DNA from: an uncultured bacterium
GTDB lineage: Bacteria > Acidobacteriota > HRBIN11 > JAKEFK01
Assembly: GCA_963777505.1 (NCBI GenBank)
Contig: CAVZQN010000004.1
Coordinates: forward strand, 800,001 to 864,000
Length of the DNA: 64,000 nt
Direction: 5' to 3'
The notes beneath the pieces are model-generated. The model saw nothing but the letters and a program-made list of their open reading frames with translations. It was not told the origin of the DNA and did no database searches. Shown piece by piece: positions 7,554-18,336 of the stretch. The first letter of the stretch is position 1. Each line of letters begins with the position of its first letter. Made by a program: the position numbers and the translations under genes.

Positions 7554-9992
7554 CTACTTCACAACGATGTTTAAAAGCTTATCGGGCACGAAAATCATTT
7601 TTACAATATTCTTGCCTTCCAAATGCTTTCTGATTTTTTCTTCCTGAGAGGCAGCTTCAAAAACTCGATCCTGATCCGAACCATGTGCGATATGAATTGC
7701 GCCTCGCATTTTTCCATTCACTTGAACGACCACAGTTGCCTCTTCTGTTTTTGCGAGTTCAGCATCAAAGGCAGGCCATGACTGATTCGCAAGTAAATCA
7801 TGATGGCCAGTAGCGGCCCATAATTCTTCGGTTATGTGCGGTGCAAATGGATTCAACAAATGGATGATCGTCTGCAAAGCTTCGTTCAAAACACCTCGTG
7901 ACCCTTGCTCATTCAAATGATTGAGACTGAAATCTGTGGCTTCATTCACAAGCTCCATAATTGCGCTAATCGCGGTGTTTTGATGCATTCGTTCATCGAC
8001 ATCCTGCGTAACCTTTCGAATTGTTTGGTGAGTCTTCCGGCGAAGGCCGCGCTGCTCGCTAGTAAGTGATTCAGGGATCGGCTCCTTTGCACTTGAATTT
8101 GTTTCAATCAGTTTCCAAACACGATGCAAGAAACGATTGCATCCTTCGACTCCCTGATCGTTCCATTCCAATTCTTTTTCAGGAGGCGCAGCAAACAATG
8201 AAAACAAACGAACAGTATCCGCACCGTACTTTGCAATTAGTTCATCCGGATCAACGACGTTTCCTTTGTTTTTGGACATTTTTGCGCCGTCTTTGATGAC
8301 CATACCCTGAGTGAACATACGATTAATTGGCTCATCAAAATTGCACATTCCCATGTCGTAAAAAATTTTGGTGAAAAAGCGGCAGTAAATCAGATGAAGA
8401 ATTGCATGTTCAACGCCGCCGATGTAAAGATCGATCGGCATCCAGTAATTCACCTCATCCGAATTGAACATTGCATTTTGTTCATGTGGTGAACAGTAAC
8501 GGAAAAAGTACCAGCTTGAATCAACAAACGTATCCATCGTGTCAGTATCTCGTTTTGCAGGAACTTTGCATTTCGGACACGTAACGTTAACGAATTCAGG
8601 CAAATGACCTAGCGGCGAGCCTTTCTCACCCGTAATTGGAATATGCAAAGGAAGTACAACCGGCAGTTGATCTTCCGGAACAGGAACGATTCCGCAATTA
8701 GGACAATGAATCATTGGGATAGGCGTTCCCCAATATCGCTGCCGTGAGATGCCCCAATCTTTGATCTTGAATGTTGTTGCGCCTTCACCGAATTTTTCGC
8801 GTTGTGCATGTACGGTCATCTGTTTTTGAGCTTCTTCACTTGAAAGGCCGTTGTATATACCGCTTGATTCAAGTGTTCCGTATTCTTCTTGACCTGGTTC
8901 TCCGGCGGAGTTACGAATTACGATCCGTTCTGCAATTCCATATTTTTTTGCGAATTCTCCATCGCGTTCATCATGGGAAGGTACTGCCATAATTGCGCCG
9001 GTACCATAATCCATCAACACATAGTTGGCAATCCAGATCGGCACACGTTCGTGTGTGAATGGATTGATCGCATAGCGATTTGCAAAAAAACCTTTCTTTT
9101 CGAGATCTTCTCTACCGCGAAGAATTTGCTCTTCACGTAGAGCTTGTGATTGACGCCGTAACTCTGGCTCTTCATTGCCCCAGATTGAATCCAGCAGTGG
9201 ATGTTCCGGCGCGAGAACGACAAATGTGGCGCCGTAGATTGTATCAATCCGTGTTGTAAATACACGGATGTTCACATCACTGTTTTCGAGACGAAAGTCT
9301 ACATAAGCACCTAGACTTTTTCCGATCCAGTTTCGCTGCATCGTTATAACTTTTTCCGGCCATTCTGTAAGACGATCCAATCCTTCAAGAAGGCGATCTG
9401 CATATTCAGTGATTTTGAAATACCATTGCTCCAATTGTTCAATGCTGACAAGACTGTCACAACGCCAACAATGACCATTGATTACCTGTTCATTTGCAAG
9501 CACTGTTTGACAACTCGGGCACCAGTTCACAGTTCCTTTCTTGCGATATGCAAGACCTTTCTTAAAGAGTTGAATAAAGAACCATTGATTCCAGCGGTAA
9601 TATTCCGGTTCGCATGTCGCGACTTCACGGCTCCAGTCATAACTGATACCGAGTCGATTCATCTGTTGGCGCATCGCTTTGATGTTTTGCCATGTCCATT
9701 CATATGGATCGGCACCATGCTTCATTGCAGCATTTTCTGCAGGCAAACCAAGGGCATCCCAGCCGATTGGATGCATCGCATTCATTCCACGCCGCCGTTT
9801 AAACCGCGACATCACATCACCGATCGCATAATTGCGGGTATGTCCCATGTGCAATTTGCCTGATGGATATGGGAGCATTTCAAGTCCGTAAAACGGTTCT
9901 TTTTCTACGGACATGTGCGTTTCAAATGAGCGCTCTTCTGCCCACCTTTGCTGCCATTTTTGTTCAATTTTTGTAAAGTCGTAGCCGTTCAT
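7554..9992 (-). CDS. leuS: Leucine--tRNA ligase
   Basis: MLPYPSGKLHMGH, DWGISRQRYWG, KMSKN, 812 aa. Confidence 0.98.
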   Translation of the reverse strand: MNGYDFTKIEQKWQQRWAEERSFETHMSVEKEPFYGLEMLPYPSGKLHMGHTRNYAIGDVMSRFKRRRGMNAMHPIGWDALGLPAENAAMKHGADPYEWTWQNIKAMRQQMNRLGISYDWSREVATCEPEYYRWNQWFFIQLFKKGLAYRKKGTVNWCPSCQTVLANEQVINGHCWRCDSLVSIEQLEQWYFKITEYADRLLEGLDRLTEWPEKVITMQRNWIGKSLGAYVDFRLENSDVNIRVFTTRIDTIYGATFVVLAPEHPLLDSIWGNEEPELRRQSQALREEQILRGREDLEKKGFFANRYAINPFTHERVPIWIANYVLMDYGTGAIMAVPSHDERDGEFAKKYGIAERIVIRNSAGEPGQEEYGTLESSGIYNGLSSEEAQKQMTVHAQREKFGEGATTFKIKDWGISRQRYWGTPIPMIHCPNCGIVPVPEDQLPVVLPLHIPITGEKGSPLGHLPEFVNVTCPKCKVPAKRDTDTMDTFVDSSWYFFRYCSPHEQNAMFNSDEVNYWMPIDLYIGGVEHAILHLIYCRFFTKIFYDMGMCNFDEPINRMFTQGMVIKDGAKMSKNKGNVVDPDELIAKYGADTVRLFSLFAAPPEKELEWNDQGVEGCNRFLHRVWKLIETNSSAKEPIPESLTSEQRGLRRKTHQTIRKVTQDVDERMHQNTAISAIMELVNEATDFSLNHLNEQGSRGVLNEALQTIIHLLNPFAPHITEELWAATGHHDLLANQSWPAFDAELAKTEEATVVVQVNGKMRGAIHIAHGSDQDRVFEAASQEEKIRKHLEGKNIVKMIFVPDKLLNIVVK

Positions 9993-10106
9993 AAAAATTG
10001 TGCAGTTAATTGTAAATCAGTAACGGCTTGAAGGCCATTAACCGCAAAGACACGAAGTTGTGGGAAGGCCGAGTTTCGCACCCCACTGCGAAGCTCGACC
10101 TCTTAA

Positions 10107-10490
10107 CTACTTTGAATGGTTGGTAAGGACCTCGTTAATCGTCTTTAGTAAGTGAGACGATTGGATCGGTTTAACAACATAGGCGTTAGCTCCAAGGGCA
10201 AGGCCTCGATGTCGATCCTCTTCAGACCCCTCTGTGGTAATTATTATTACCGGCAAGTGATTAATCTTGGGATCTTGACGAACAAGACTCACAAGCTTCA
10301 AACCATCCATTACCGGCATATTTATGTCTACAAGAATGATGTCAACTTTGGTTGATTGTAACTTCTTTAAAGCATCCACTCCATCGACTGCTTCGACAAT
10401 ATTACATCCTTTATATCGCTTCAAAGCAAAAGAAATCAATTGCCTCATCGTGGGCGAATCATCAACAACAAGAAATGTAATCGGATCCAT
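10107..10490 (-). CDS. Single-domain CheY-like response regulator
   Basis: VVDDS, D-INMPVMDG, TT, KP receiver motifs. Confidence 0.9.
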   Translation of the reverse strand: MDPITFLVVDDSPTMRQLISFALKRYKGCNIVEAVDGVDALKKLQSTKVDIILVDINMPVMDGLKLVSLVRQDPKINHLPVIIITTEGSEEDRHRGLALGANAYVVKPIQSSHLLKTINEVLTNHSK

Positions 10491-10493
10491 GTA

Positions 10494-11315
10494 TTAGTTT
10501 GTTAAAAGATCCAGGAAACCCTGAATCGTTGTCAGTTTGCGTTCAGATTGTGAATAGAGTTTTGCGCTAAAAATAGCCGTAGCTGCATGGCCTGCAAGCA
10601 AAGTGAACAGTTCATAATCTACGGCCGTAAAACCTTCCTTCTGAACAAACAGTCTGTAAATTGAAATCACACCGATTACATGTTCCTTAATTTTTAATGG
10701 GATACATGCCAGCGGGTGAAAGAAATCTACACTGTTCAAAGATTCAGGTTCATGATCGATGTAATACGCTTCACCCGATTTGGCAACTATGCCGATGATT
10801 CCAGCGCCCAGTTGAATCCGTTCATTTTTATACTCATCAAGACCTTCATTGGCTGCAATTTTCAAATCATTTGATTTTTCGTCAAGCAACATGATGCAGA
10901 AAGTCTCGGCGCCGATCAGATTAATAACGATTTCCATTACGATGCGTATTACTTCATTAAAATCAAGTGTGGAATGGAGTTGATAACTTGAGACGTAAAG
11001 ATTTGCTAGATTGTTATTCTGCTCTTCGATTTCTAAATAACGGTTTGCAAAATCTTTATTTTCATCTTCCGCTTGTTGAAACTTGAGCTCCAGCAGCTTT
11101 TTTTGTTCTTCAAGCTCCTGGAGTTTTTCTTCGAATTGTTTCAACTTCCGTTGATAAAGAACGGGAAGAGGCACATCAGCACCTTGTTCATAAGAAGCTA
11201 CTTTGAATCGAAGGCGCTCATTTTCCCGCAGAAGTTCCTCGGTGAACTCCCGGGTTTTTTGAAGCATCTGAAGAAAGTCGTCGCTTTTGCCGAAAAGATC
11301 CTTTTTCTCTTCCAT
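10494..11315 (-). CDS. Coiled-coil + GAF domain protein without output domain
   Basis: Start re-placed at MEEKKDLF; long E/K/Q coiled coil then GAF (LHSTLD, GIIGIVAKSGE, ACIPLK, FT..DYEL). Confidence 0.8.
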   Translation of the reverse strand: MEEKKDLFGKSDDFLQMLQKTREFTEELLRENERLRFKVASYEQGADVPLPVLYQRKLKQFEEKLQELEEQKKLLELKFQQAEDENKDFANRYLEIEEQNNNLANLYVSSYQLHSTLDFNEVIRIVMEIVINLIGAETFCIMLLDEKSNDLKIAANEGLDEYKNERIQLGAGIIGIVAKSGEAYYIDHEPESLNSVDFFHPLACIPLKIKEHVIGVISIYRLFVQKEGFTAVDYELFTLLAGHAATAIFSAKLYSQSERKLTTIQGFLDLLTN

Positions 11316-11395
11316 CCCCCTGAAAACCTCGTGGTATAAAAAGGTAGTTAATGTTACAGCATCTATTGAGGAAAGGTCAACGTAATTCAGGCCCG

Positions 11396-11467
11396 GTAGG
11401 GGCGGGTCTAAGACCCGCCCGGCAAGAATCGGGTATAAACACGGGCGGGTCTTAGACTCTTCCCTAC
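11396..11467. repeat. REP-like doublet, family A (GTAGGGGCGGGTCTAAGACCCGCCC)
   Basis: GTAG-headed palindrome plus inverted copy ending CTAC; homologues at 46752, 54617, 62442. Confidence 0.85.
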
Positions 11468-11485
11468 ATGATAAGATCGTGATCC

Positions 11486-11800
11486 ATGGATCAAACAGCC
11501 GCTTCTTTTCAAGTTTTAACGGCAATGATAACGCCCGCAGTGTTGATATCAGCCTGTGGAACCTTGATTTTCTCGACGAGCACACGATTGGGACGTGTCG
11601 TCGACCGGGTCCGTCACTTAGCAGAGAAGGTTCAATCAAGCAGCGCGGAAGTGGACGCAAATCGACAGGCGCTTATGCTCGAGCAATTATCCAGTGTGGC
11701 GCGCCGGGTGGTTTTGCTCCGTTCCGCAATGACCTGTTTCTACATCGCCACCGGTCTGTTTGTTGCAACCAGGGGGGCAATTGTGGTGCATATGATTTAG
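11486..11800 (+). pseudogene. DUF2721-family membrane protein, probably 3'-truncated
   Basis: AMITPAVLISACGTLIFSTSTRLGRVVDR is family-like; ORF ends after only the second TM segment at a palindrome cluster. Confidence 0.55.
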
Positions 11801-11916
11801 CCCGCCGAAGGCGGGCGTAAGAGTCTTCATAGTAACCGGTAATCGGTCTTGTCGCCCGCTTGAAGCGGGCTGGTTCTTTTCAGACTCCTTTACCCCCCGG
11901 CTTACGCCGGGGGCTA
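11799..11916. repeat. Cluster of three GC-rich REP-like hairpins
   Basis: GCCCGCCGAAGGCGGGC, GCCCGCTTGAAGCGGGC, CCCCCGGCTTACGCCGGGGG. Confidence 0.75.
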
Positions 11917-11981
11917 GCGGTTTTCAAGGCAAAAATAATGCTTCGTGTTGCTTCGAACCGTCCGTGGACTTCGTGGTGTCG

Positions 11982-13217
11982 TTATTCTTTCAGGAAAGAA
12001 GTGAATTCATCAAGATGGAGTGAATGCGTTCTGGCTTCTGCTTCTGTGATTAGATCAGAACGGACTAACTGAGCTAATGAATTTTCCAGCGTAGTCATTC
12101 CGATTCTTTTTCCAATTGTCATTTCGGTGTGAAGTTGATGAAGATTTCCTTTACGAATGTGATGTCTCACGGCATCATTTGCGATTAAGATTTCGCAAGC
12201 AACAGCACGGCCTTTTCCATTTTTTTTCGGAATCAGCTGCTGATAAATGATTGCAGAAAGGGCCAGCGAAAGTTGTTGCCTGATTTGCGGCTGCTGATCG
12301 GAAGGAAAAACATCAACGATACGATGCACTGTTTGAGCGGCATCGTTCGTATGAACTGTGGTTAAAACGAGATGTCCTGTTTCAGCAGCAGTGAGGACTG
12401 TTGCGATGGTTTCCAAATCGCGCATTTCTCCCACAAGGATTACATCAGGATCCTGCCGTAATGCAGCGCGAAGGGCTTCGGCAAAGCCTAATGCATCCGT
12501 TCCTACTTCGATTTGTTCAACAACAGATTCACGATGGATGTGTTCGTATTCAACTGGATCTTCGATTGTCACGATATGCCGTTTCTCACGCCTGTTAATT
12601 GCATTCACAAGCGCCGCAAGAGTCGTTGATTTCCCACAACCACTTGGACCTGTGACAAGAATTAGCCCCCGAAATGAACGTGTTAATTCTTCGAGTGAAT
12701 CCGGAAGTCCTAATTCAGTGATGGATGGAATATTTCGCGGCAAGAGCCTTAATGCAGCGGCTGAACCTTTCCGCGTGCGATGCAGATTAATTCTGAAACG
12801 TCCCAACGGAGGAAGTCCAATCGATAAATCAACTGAGCCACCTTCTAAAAAACGGCGTCTTCGTTCGGGTGAAAGTGAAGGAAGCAGAAAATAGGCTGCA
12901 TCATCAGGTCCAAGTTCTTCGGCTCCAAGTGGAACAAGAGCGCCATGCAAACGGATGGTTGGAGGGGCACCTGGTACAAGAAGAAGATCTGTTGCATCAC
13001 GTTTCACAACTTCGGCAAGGTACAACTTAAGGCGTGATGCTCCTTCTTCTGAATCAATCAAGTCTGATGAAGGCTCGAGCGATACTTCAATTCCGCTGTC
13101 TTCCGGACGCATCAGCTCAAAGGAAAGACCTTCCGATGAACGTTCAGTATTATCCGTGCGTGATTCACTGTCGGCATTCAGCTCACGGATAAAGCGATTC
13201 AGATCGTCGGTATCCAT
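11982..13217 (-). CDS. pilT: PilT/PilU-family type IV pilus retraction ATPase
   Basis: GPSGCGKSTT, TIEDPVE, LRQDPDVILVGEMRD, AETGHLV; acidic N-terminal extension. Confidence 0.88.
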   Translation of the reverse strand: MDTDDLNRFIRELNADSESRTDNTERSSEGLSFELMRPEDSGIEVSLEPSSDLIDSEEGASRLKLYLAEVVKRDATDLLLVPGAPPTIRLHGALVPLGAEELGPDDAAYFLLPSLSPERRRRFLEGGSVDLSIGLPPLGRFRINLHRTRKGSAAALRLLPRNIPSITELGLPDSLEELTRSFRGLILVTGPSGCGKSTTLAALVNAINRREKRHIVTIEDPVEYEHIHRESVVEQIEVGTDALGFAEALRAALRQDPDVILVGEMRDLETIATVLTAAETGHLVLTTVHTNDAAQTVHRIVDVFPSDQQPQIRQQLSLALSAIIYQQLIPKKNGKGRAVACEILIANDAVRHHIRKGNLHQLHTEMTIGKRIGMTTLENSLAQLVRSDLITEAEARTHSLHLDEFTSFLKE

Positions 13218-13290
13218 ACGCTAAATCATAGCCGAACGGGAGAGGTGAGGCAAAGGTTATCGGTGGAGTAGTACTACGAGTATAGTACTA

Positions 13291-14808
13291 CTATTTTTGA
13301 ATAACGTCGAGGGTTTCGGAAGTCCCGAGCAGCGCAGAACTAACAGTCACCTGGGTAGGCATCGGAGCTACGGGCCTCATGTTGAATACGAATTTTTTCT
13401 TTAGAGGTTTGTAGATCATCGTTCCTAAGCCTTGCACAGTTAAAACATCATTAGGACCAGCACTGCTGGTTGCCGTAATGGTTAACTTTTGTTTTTGAGC
13501 TCTGTAAATTGCTTTCTTGATTTCAAGATTGCCAGCACCATCGAAACCTTCGAGAGCACTCAACATATCGATTCTTCCTTCACCCAAATCGATATCTGGA
13601 TTTTCATCTTCGATGTCGTCGGCCGTATTTTCGATTAAGTCTTCCAGTTCATCGTTGCTGCTCTGGGTGGGTTCTACTGCTTTGATTAATGCAGCAAGCC
13701 CGGTCACAAATGGAGCAGCCATTGAGGTGCCTGCCCATGTGGCATATTGTCCATTTATAAAAGTGCTGTAAATGCCGACTCCGGAATTGTTGTTCGCAAT
13801 TCCAGGAGCAGCAAAATCAACATCGTGGTGATTTGTGAAGTCAGCAGCGATATCGTTTTTGTCCACTGCAGCAACAGAAAAGACATCCCCTTCACTTGCG
13901 GGATAATGAACTTCTTCTAATCCATCGTTTCCTGCCGAAGCAATCACAGGAATTGGAAGCTCTTCATCATCAATGACTTCTTTGATTACATCATGAATGA
14001 TTTCAACTCGATCGATATCCGGAATACCCAGACTTAAATTAATGATCTTCTTATTGCCTGGTACATTTGCAGGATCGATAAACCAGCGTATCGCTGCAGC
14101 AATATCATCGGAAAAGCCAACACCTTCTGTATCTAACACACGGATCGGAACAATTTTCGCTTCCGGTGCCACAAGCGCGATGATTCCAGCGACATGAGTT
14201 CCATGTCCGGCGCCTTCATCGATGTCTCCATCTCCGTCTTCATCAGCTCCGTTTGTCTCATCCATTGGATCGCTGTCGAGGTCTACAAAATCATGCCCAA
14301 TTACTTCATTGCCTGAGCCGCGCAAAACATGATCAGTTAAATCAGGATGGTCATAATCCACACCTGTATCAATGACTGCTACCACTACACCTGCACCTTT
14401 GGAAATTTGTTGTGCTTGTTCAACACGCATTCTAGTGAGCACCTGCTGATCGAAATATTCGCCAGGAGTTGGATCTCCATCAATGACAGCAAGAGTCCGG
14501 CGGCTTCCTTCCGGAGTTTCACCTAAATAAGTAAGGCTGGCCCATATAAGATCAACATCTGTTTGCATTGCCTCAACTGTGGAGTCAAGGTCGTCTGGAT
14601 CTGAAACACGAACTTTATAAACACTATTTGGAATTTCTGTTTCTGTAGTTGTCGTGTTGTAACGCGCGTTTATCGTGTTGATTGATACGCCAGGTTGAAG
14701 GCGTACTAAGATTTCATCAGTATCAAAATCATCCGCAAAAAGAGATAAAGCAAACAGGAATGGGACTAAAAAAATAAAGCGTCGCAGCACAGTAACCTCA
14801 AAGCGCAT
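13291..14808 (-). CDS. Secreted S8 subtilase with prodomain and C-terminal beta domain
   Basis: Signal peptide; triad IDTGVD / GHGTHVAG / GTSMAAP; oxyanion SAGN; DEDGDGDID acidic insertion. Confidence 0.92.
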   Translation of the reverse strand: MRFEVTVLRRFIFLVPFLFALSLFADDFDTDEILVRLQPGVSINTINARYNTTTTETEIPNSVYKVRVSDPDDLDSTVEAMQTDVDLIWASLTYLGETPEGSRRTLAVIDGDPTPGEYFDQQVLTRMRVEQAQQISKGAGVVVAVIDTGVDYDHPDLTDHVLRGSGNEVIGHDFVDLDSDPMDETNGADEDGDGDIDEGAGHGTHVAGIIALVAPEAKIVPIRVLDTEGVGFSDDIAAAIRWFIDPANVPGNKKIINLSLGIPDIDRVEIIHDVIKEVIDDEELPIPVIASAGNDGLEEVHYPASEGDVFSVAAVDKNDIAADFTNHHDVDFAAPGIANNNSGVGIYSTFINGQYATWAGTSMAAPFVTGLAALIKAVEPTQSSNDELEDLIENTADDIEDENPDIDLGEGRIDMLSALEGFDGAGNLEIKKAIYRAQKQKLTITATSSAGPNDVLTVQGLGTMIYKPLKKKFVFNMRPVAPMPTQVTVSSALLGTSETLDVIQK

Positions 14809-14974
14809 TTCGATTCATTCTGGAAATAATGTATTGGCCAACAAAGTTAAATCTTACAAAGCTGGTAGTCAAACGGAGAACCTCATACTTATATGAGCAG
14901 GATACAGCTAGAGAAAATACATCTGATACACCATCACTTTTCTCGAGAATAGTCCTATATTATTGAAGACGAAA

Positions 14975-17666
14975 ATGAGACAAAAAAGGCTGAGCCCCTG
15001 GAGAAGTCGATCAGCGTGTTCGCCAGATTTATAAGGAAGTCATTCGAGATCCACGAAAAGCGCTGATTTTGGCGAACCAGGGACTTTCCGAATCGCGAGC
15101 GGAGCGCCTGGCTGTTGGAGTTGCAAAGATGACTTTGGCGCGCGCACATTGTTTTCGCGAAATTGGTAATTTCAGCAAATCACTTCGTGACTACACTCAC
15201 GCGGCTAAATTGTTCCGGCGCCAAAATATGATTGATGAGTCCTGGCGCACATCCATCGGGAAAATGGATGCCCTGGATCAAATGGGACGTTACAAAGAAG
15301 CTCTTTCACTTGCGAAACGTACAGCAGACTATTTTAAAAGCGCCGGCCGTCCTTATTGGGAAGCAAAAATTCTTGCGAATACAGGAAATATTTATCAACA
15401 CCTTGACCGCTATGACCGCGCTCTTCACTTCTACAAGAAGGCGTATCCAGTACTTTCGCGCGAGCAGCCCGGTGATGGATTTATTTTGTTGTTTAATCAA
15501 GCGACCACTTATCTGTGCGCCGGTCATCCACAGGAAGCAATCAATTTATTGAAGGAATGTCTTCAGTATTTTCAGCAACAAAATCTCACATCATTTCTTG
15601 CGCGAACTCATTACAATCTCTCCTATGGTTTTTATCTTCAAGGGAAATATCAGGACGCTCTCTTTCATTTAACAGAAGCGCGGAATCGTCTCATTCGCTT
15701 GAAAGACTGGAGTTTTCTCGGCTCTTGTTATCTTGATGAAGCAGAAATTTATTTGCGGCTGAATCAAGTGGATGAAGCGATTGCAAGCGCTCGAAAAGCG
15801 CGAAAGTTTTTTCTGAAACTCAAAATGCCGTATGAGCTGGCTGAAAGCAACTCATTTCTCGGTATCTCGCTGATTCGCCAGGCTGCCATAAAAGCCGCGT
15901 TCCCTTTTTTGAATGAGGCTCGTCAATTTTTTTCAAAACAAAAAAATGCAATCAAAACCGCTGAAATGGACTCGCATCTCGCATTGGCTTTTTTGAAACA
16001 AAACAATCTGAGTGAAGCCAGGACTCATTTAATCAAGGCTTTTCGAACGTTTTCTAAGGCGAGAATCCATTCCAGGATGCTATCCATAAATACGTATCTC
16101 GCTCAAATTGAGATTTCACAGGGCAACATCCATAAGGCTTTAGCGCTTTTGAAGAAAAGTACAAGATGGATTTCTGAAATCCATCTTCCATGGGTGCTGT
16201 TGCCGTTTTATTTAACTTTGGGACAGGCTCAGTTGAAAGCTGGGATTGCAGGGGGCAGAAAATCACTGGATCGCGCCATCCGATTGATTGAATCGATGCG
16301 TTCTGAAATTCCAGCTGAAGATCTTCGCATTTCATACTTTCAAGACAAACTGCTTCCGTATCATTTGTTAATTGAACAGGATTTGAAAAGCAGTGAACCA
16401 AAAAGAATTGAACGCAGTTTTGAATATGCTGAACGAGCTCGCTCGCGGGTATTGCAAGATTTGCTGGAAGGCGCATTACATTTTGAAAATTTGGAAACTG
16501 ATTCAGCAAAATTAGCGGCAGAAGTGAATGCAATGCGTAGCGAAAGTTGGCGGCGAACGCTTGCTGTCAGCGCAGAACCAGACAAGGCGAAAGACCACAG
16601 AGCCGAAAAACGACTCATTCAAATCTTGCGCCGTGCGCAACGCATGCGCAAAGACTATGCAGCGTGGTCTCCAAAGATCAAAGATATTCAGAAGTTGCTG
16701 CTCCCGCGCCAAACGCTGTTAAGTTATTACAGGATTGGAGAAGCAATTCATGCATTCGTTCTCAATTCAAAAGGGGTTCGTGTTTATCCTGAGATTGCAA
16801 AGAACAGCGAACTCATTTCATCCTGGCATTTTTTCCGTTTTCAGCTTGAATTAGGCAGAACAGATCCTGGAAATTCTTTAAAGGCCTGTGATACTCATCT
16901 TGCGGGGCTTTACTCAAAACTTGTTGAGCCTTTAATGGATCAAATCGAGACCTCTGACATTCTTACAATTGTCCCGCATGGATGGCTTCATTCATTTCCA
17001 TTTCATACGTTGAAAGATGAACACGGCTATCTCGTAGATCGTTTCATGATTTCGTATGCGCCAAGCATTTCTGTTTATTCACATTGCCTGCAACGGAAAA
17101 CCTCCGCGAAGGATGTTCTTGTTTTTGGACATTCCGATTCGAAAGCTCCATGGATCGATCATGAAATTCGCGAAATTCATTCGATTTATCCGAAGGCTCA
17201 AATATTTTCCGGCGCTCTAGCCAGTGCAGATCAGCTTCAGGAAGAAAGCAAAAATGCGGGGATTATTCATATTGCAAGTCATGGACGGTTCCTTCAAGAT
17301 CAGCCATTTCTCTCAGGAATTCATCTTGCAGATGGATGGCTCACTCTTCCGCAAATTTATCAAATGAAACTGAATGCCAAACTTGTTACATTGAGCGGCT
17401 GTGAAACTGGAAGCAACGAAATCACAACCGGTGACGAATTGCTTGGATTAACTCGTGGTTTGCTTTATGCCGGCGCATCTTCTTTGCTTGTAAGTCTATG
17501 GCGAGTTTTTGATGCCTCAACCGCGCAGTTTATGAAGGCTTTCTATTCAGCGCTTTCTTCCGGTTCCTCAAATATTGAAGCATGGCATCATGCCGTATTG
17601 GAAACAAAGAAGGAGTGGCCGCATCCATATTACTGGGGACCCTTTGTTCTCATGGGGAAGATTTAA
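14975..17666 (+). CDS. TPR-CHAT (caspase-like) protease; likely true start at 14975 with a 1-nt frameshift near 14995 (track ORF begins 15069)
   Basis: TPR repeats, AERARSRVL, IVPHGWLHSFPF, catalytic HIASHG and LSGCETG, HPYYWGPF. Confidence 0.88.
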
Positions 17667-17675
17667 ATCGCAGAG

Positions 17676-18326
17676 TCACAGAGACGCCCAGGTTTCCGCA
17701 CGCGTTCTTAACTCATTCAGCGTATTTTCTAGCTCAATGCGTTTTTGTTCCAGTACTTCTTCCGGCAGATCTTTTTCTAAAAACATCGGTTCAGCGATAT
17801 CAAGGCGAACGCGAGAAAATGGAAGTGGAATTTGAAATTGGTCCCAGGATGAAAACTTCTTCACGCTTCTTCCTTCAGTATGAAAAGGCAAAATCGGATG
17901 CTGCGAGTAGCTCGATAGCCATGTAACTCCTTGTTGAACGAGGTAACGCGGCCCGCGTGGTCCATCTACTGCAAACCCAGCATGTGCTCCTTGTTTGAGT
18001 GTACGAATCAATCCAATCATACCTTTCACAGCACCTTTTGAAGTCGAGCCACGGCTGCTTCCATAGCCAAAACGACGGATTACGTTCGTAATATATTCGC
18101 CGTCTTTGTTTTCGCTTATAAGAACGACAATGCCTCGATTACGAAAATAATACGTAGAAGCAAGAATACGCCCGTGCCAGAATGCTAAAATAATTGGGAT
18201 TTTTTCCGTTTCGAGTTTTCTGAGATTTTCCAGGCCATGAATTTCCCAGCGCCACGTACGCCCTATGGCATGGAGTAAAATCCAGCCAAGTATTCCAACG
18301 GTGGTTAACACAAAACGGTTCCACAC
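17676..18326 (-). CDS. DUF374 lysophospholipid acyltransferase family protein
   Basis: FWHGR, S.NKDGE, RGST, DGPRGP, SWDQF.IPLPFS. Confidence 0.88.
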   Translation of the reverse strand: MWNRFVLTTVGILGWILLHAIGRTWRWEIHGLENLRKLETEKIPIILAFWHGRILASTYYFRNRGIVVLISENKDGEYITNVIRRFGYGSSRGSTSKGAVKGMIGLIRTLKQGAHAGFAVDGPRGPRYLVQQGVTWLSSYSQHPILPFHTEGRSVKKFSSWDQFQIPLPFSRVRLDIAEPMFLEKDLPEEVLEQKRIELENTLNELRTRAETWASL

Positions 18327-18336
18327 TTTTGATTTC

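Noticed and set aside
11316-11660. N-terminal extension of the 388-aa GAF ORF
   Set aside because: Runs through a REP doublet and antisense to DUF2721; coiled-coil sequence starts at 11315
12358-12894. 178-aa antisense ORF in pilT (also 50985-51728 in pccB and 62921-63670 in recA)
   Set aside because: Typical antisense frames of conserved genes; no RBS or domain signal
13267-13293. Twice-repeated palindrome TAGTACTAC after the subtilase stop
   Set aside because: Only two short copies; no function can be supported
15069-17666. TPR-CHAT as part of a type III-E CRISPR system
   Set aside because: No Cas7-11, Csx30/31 or array in the window
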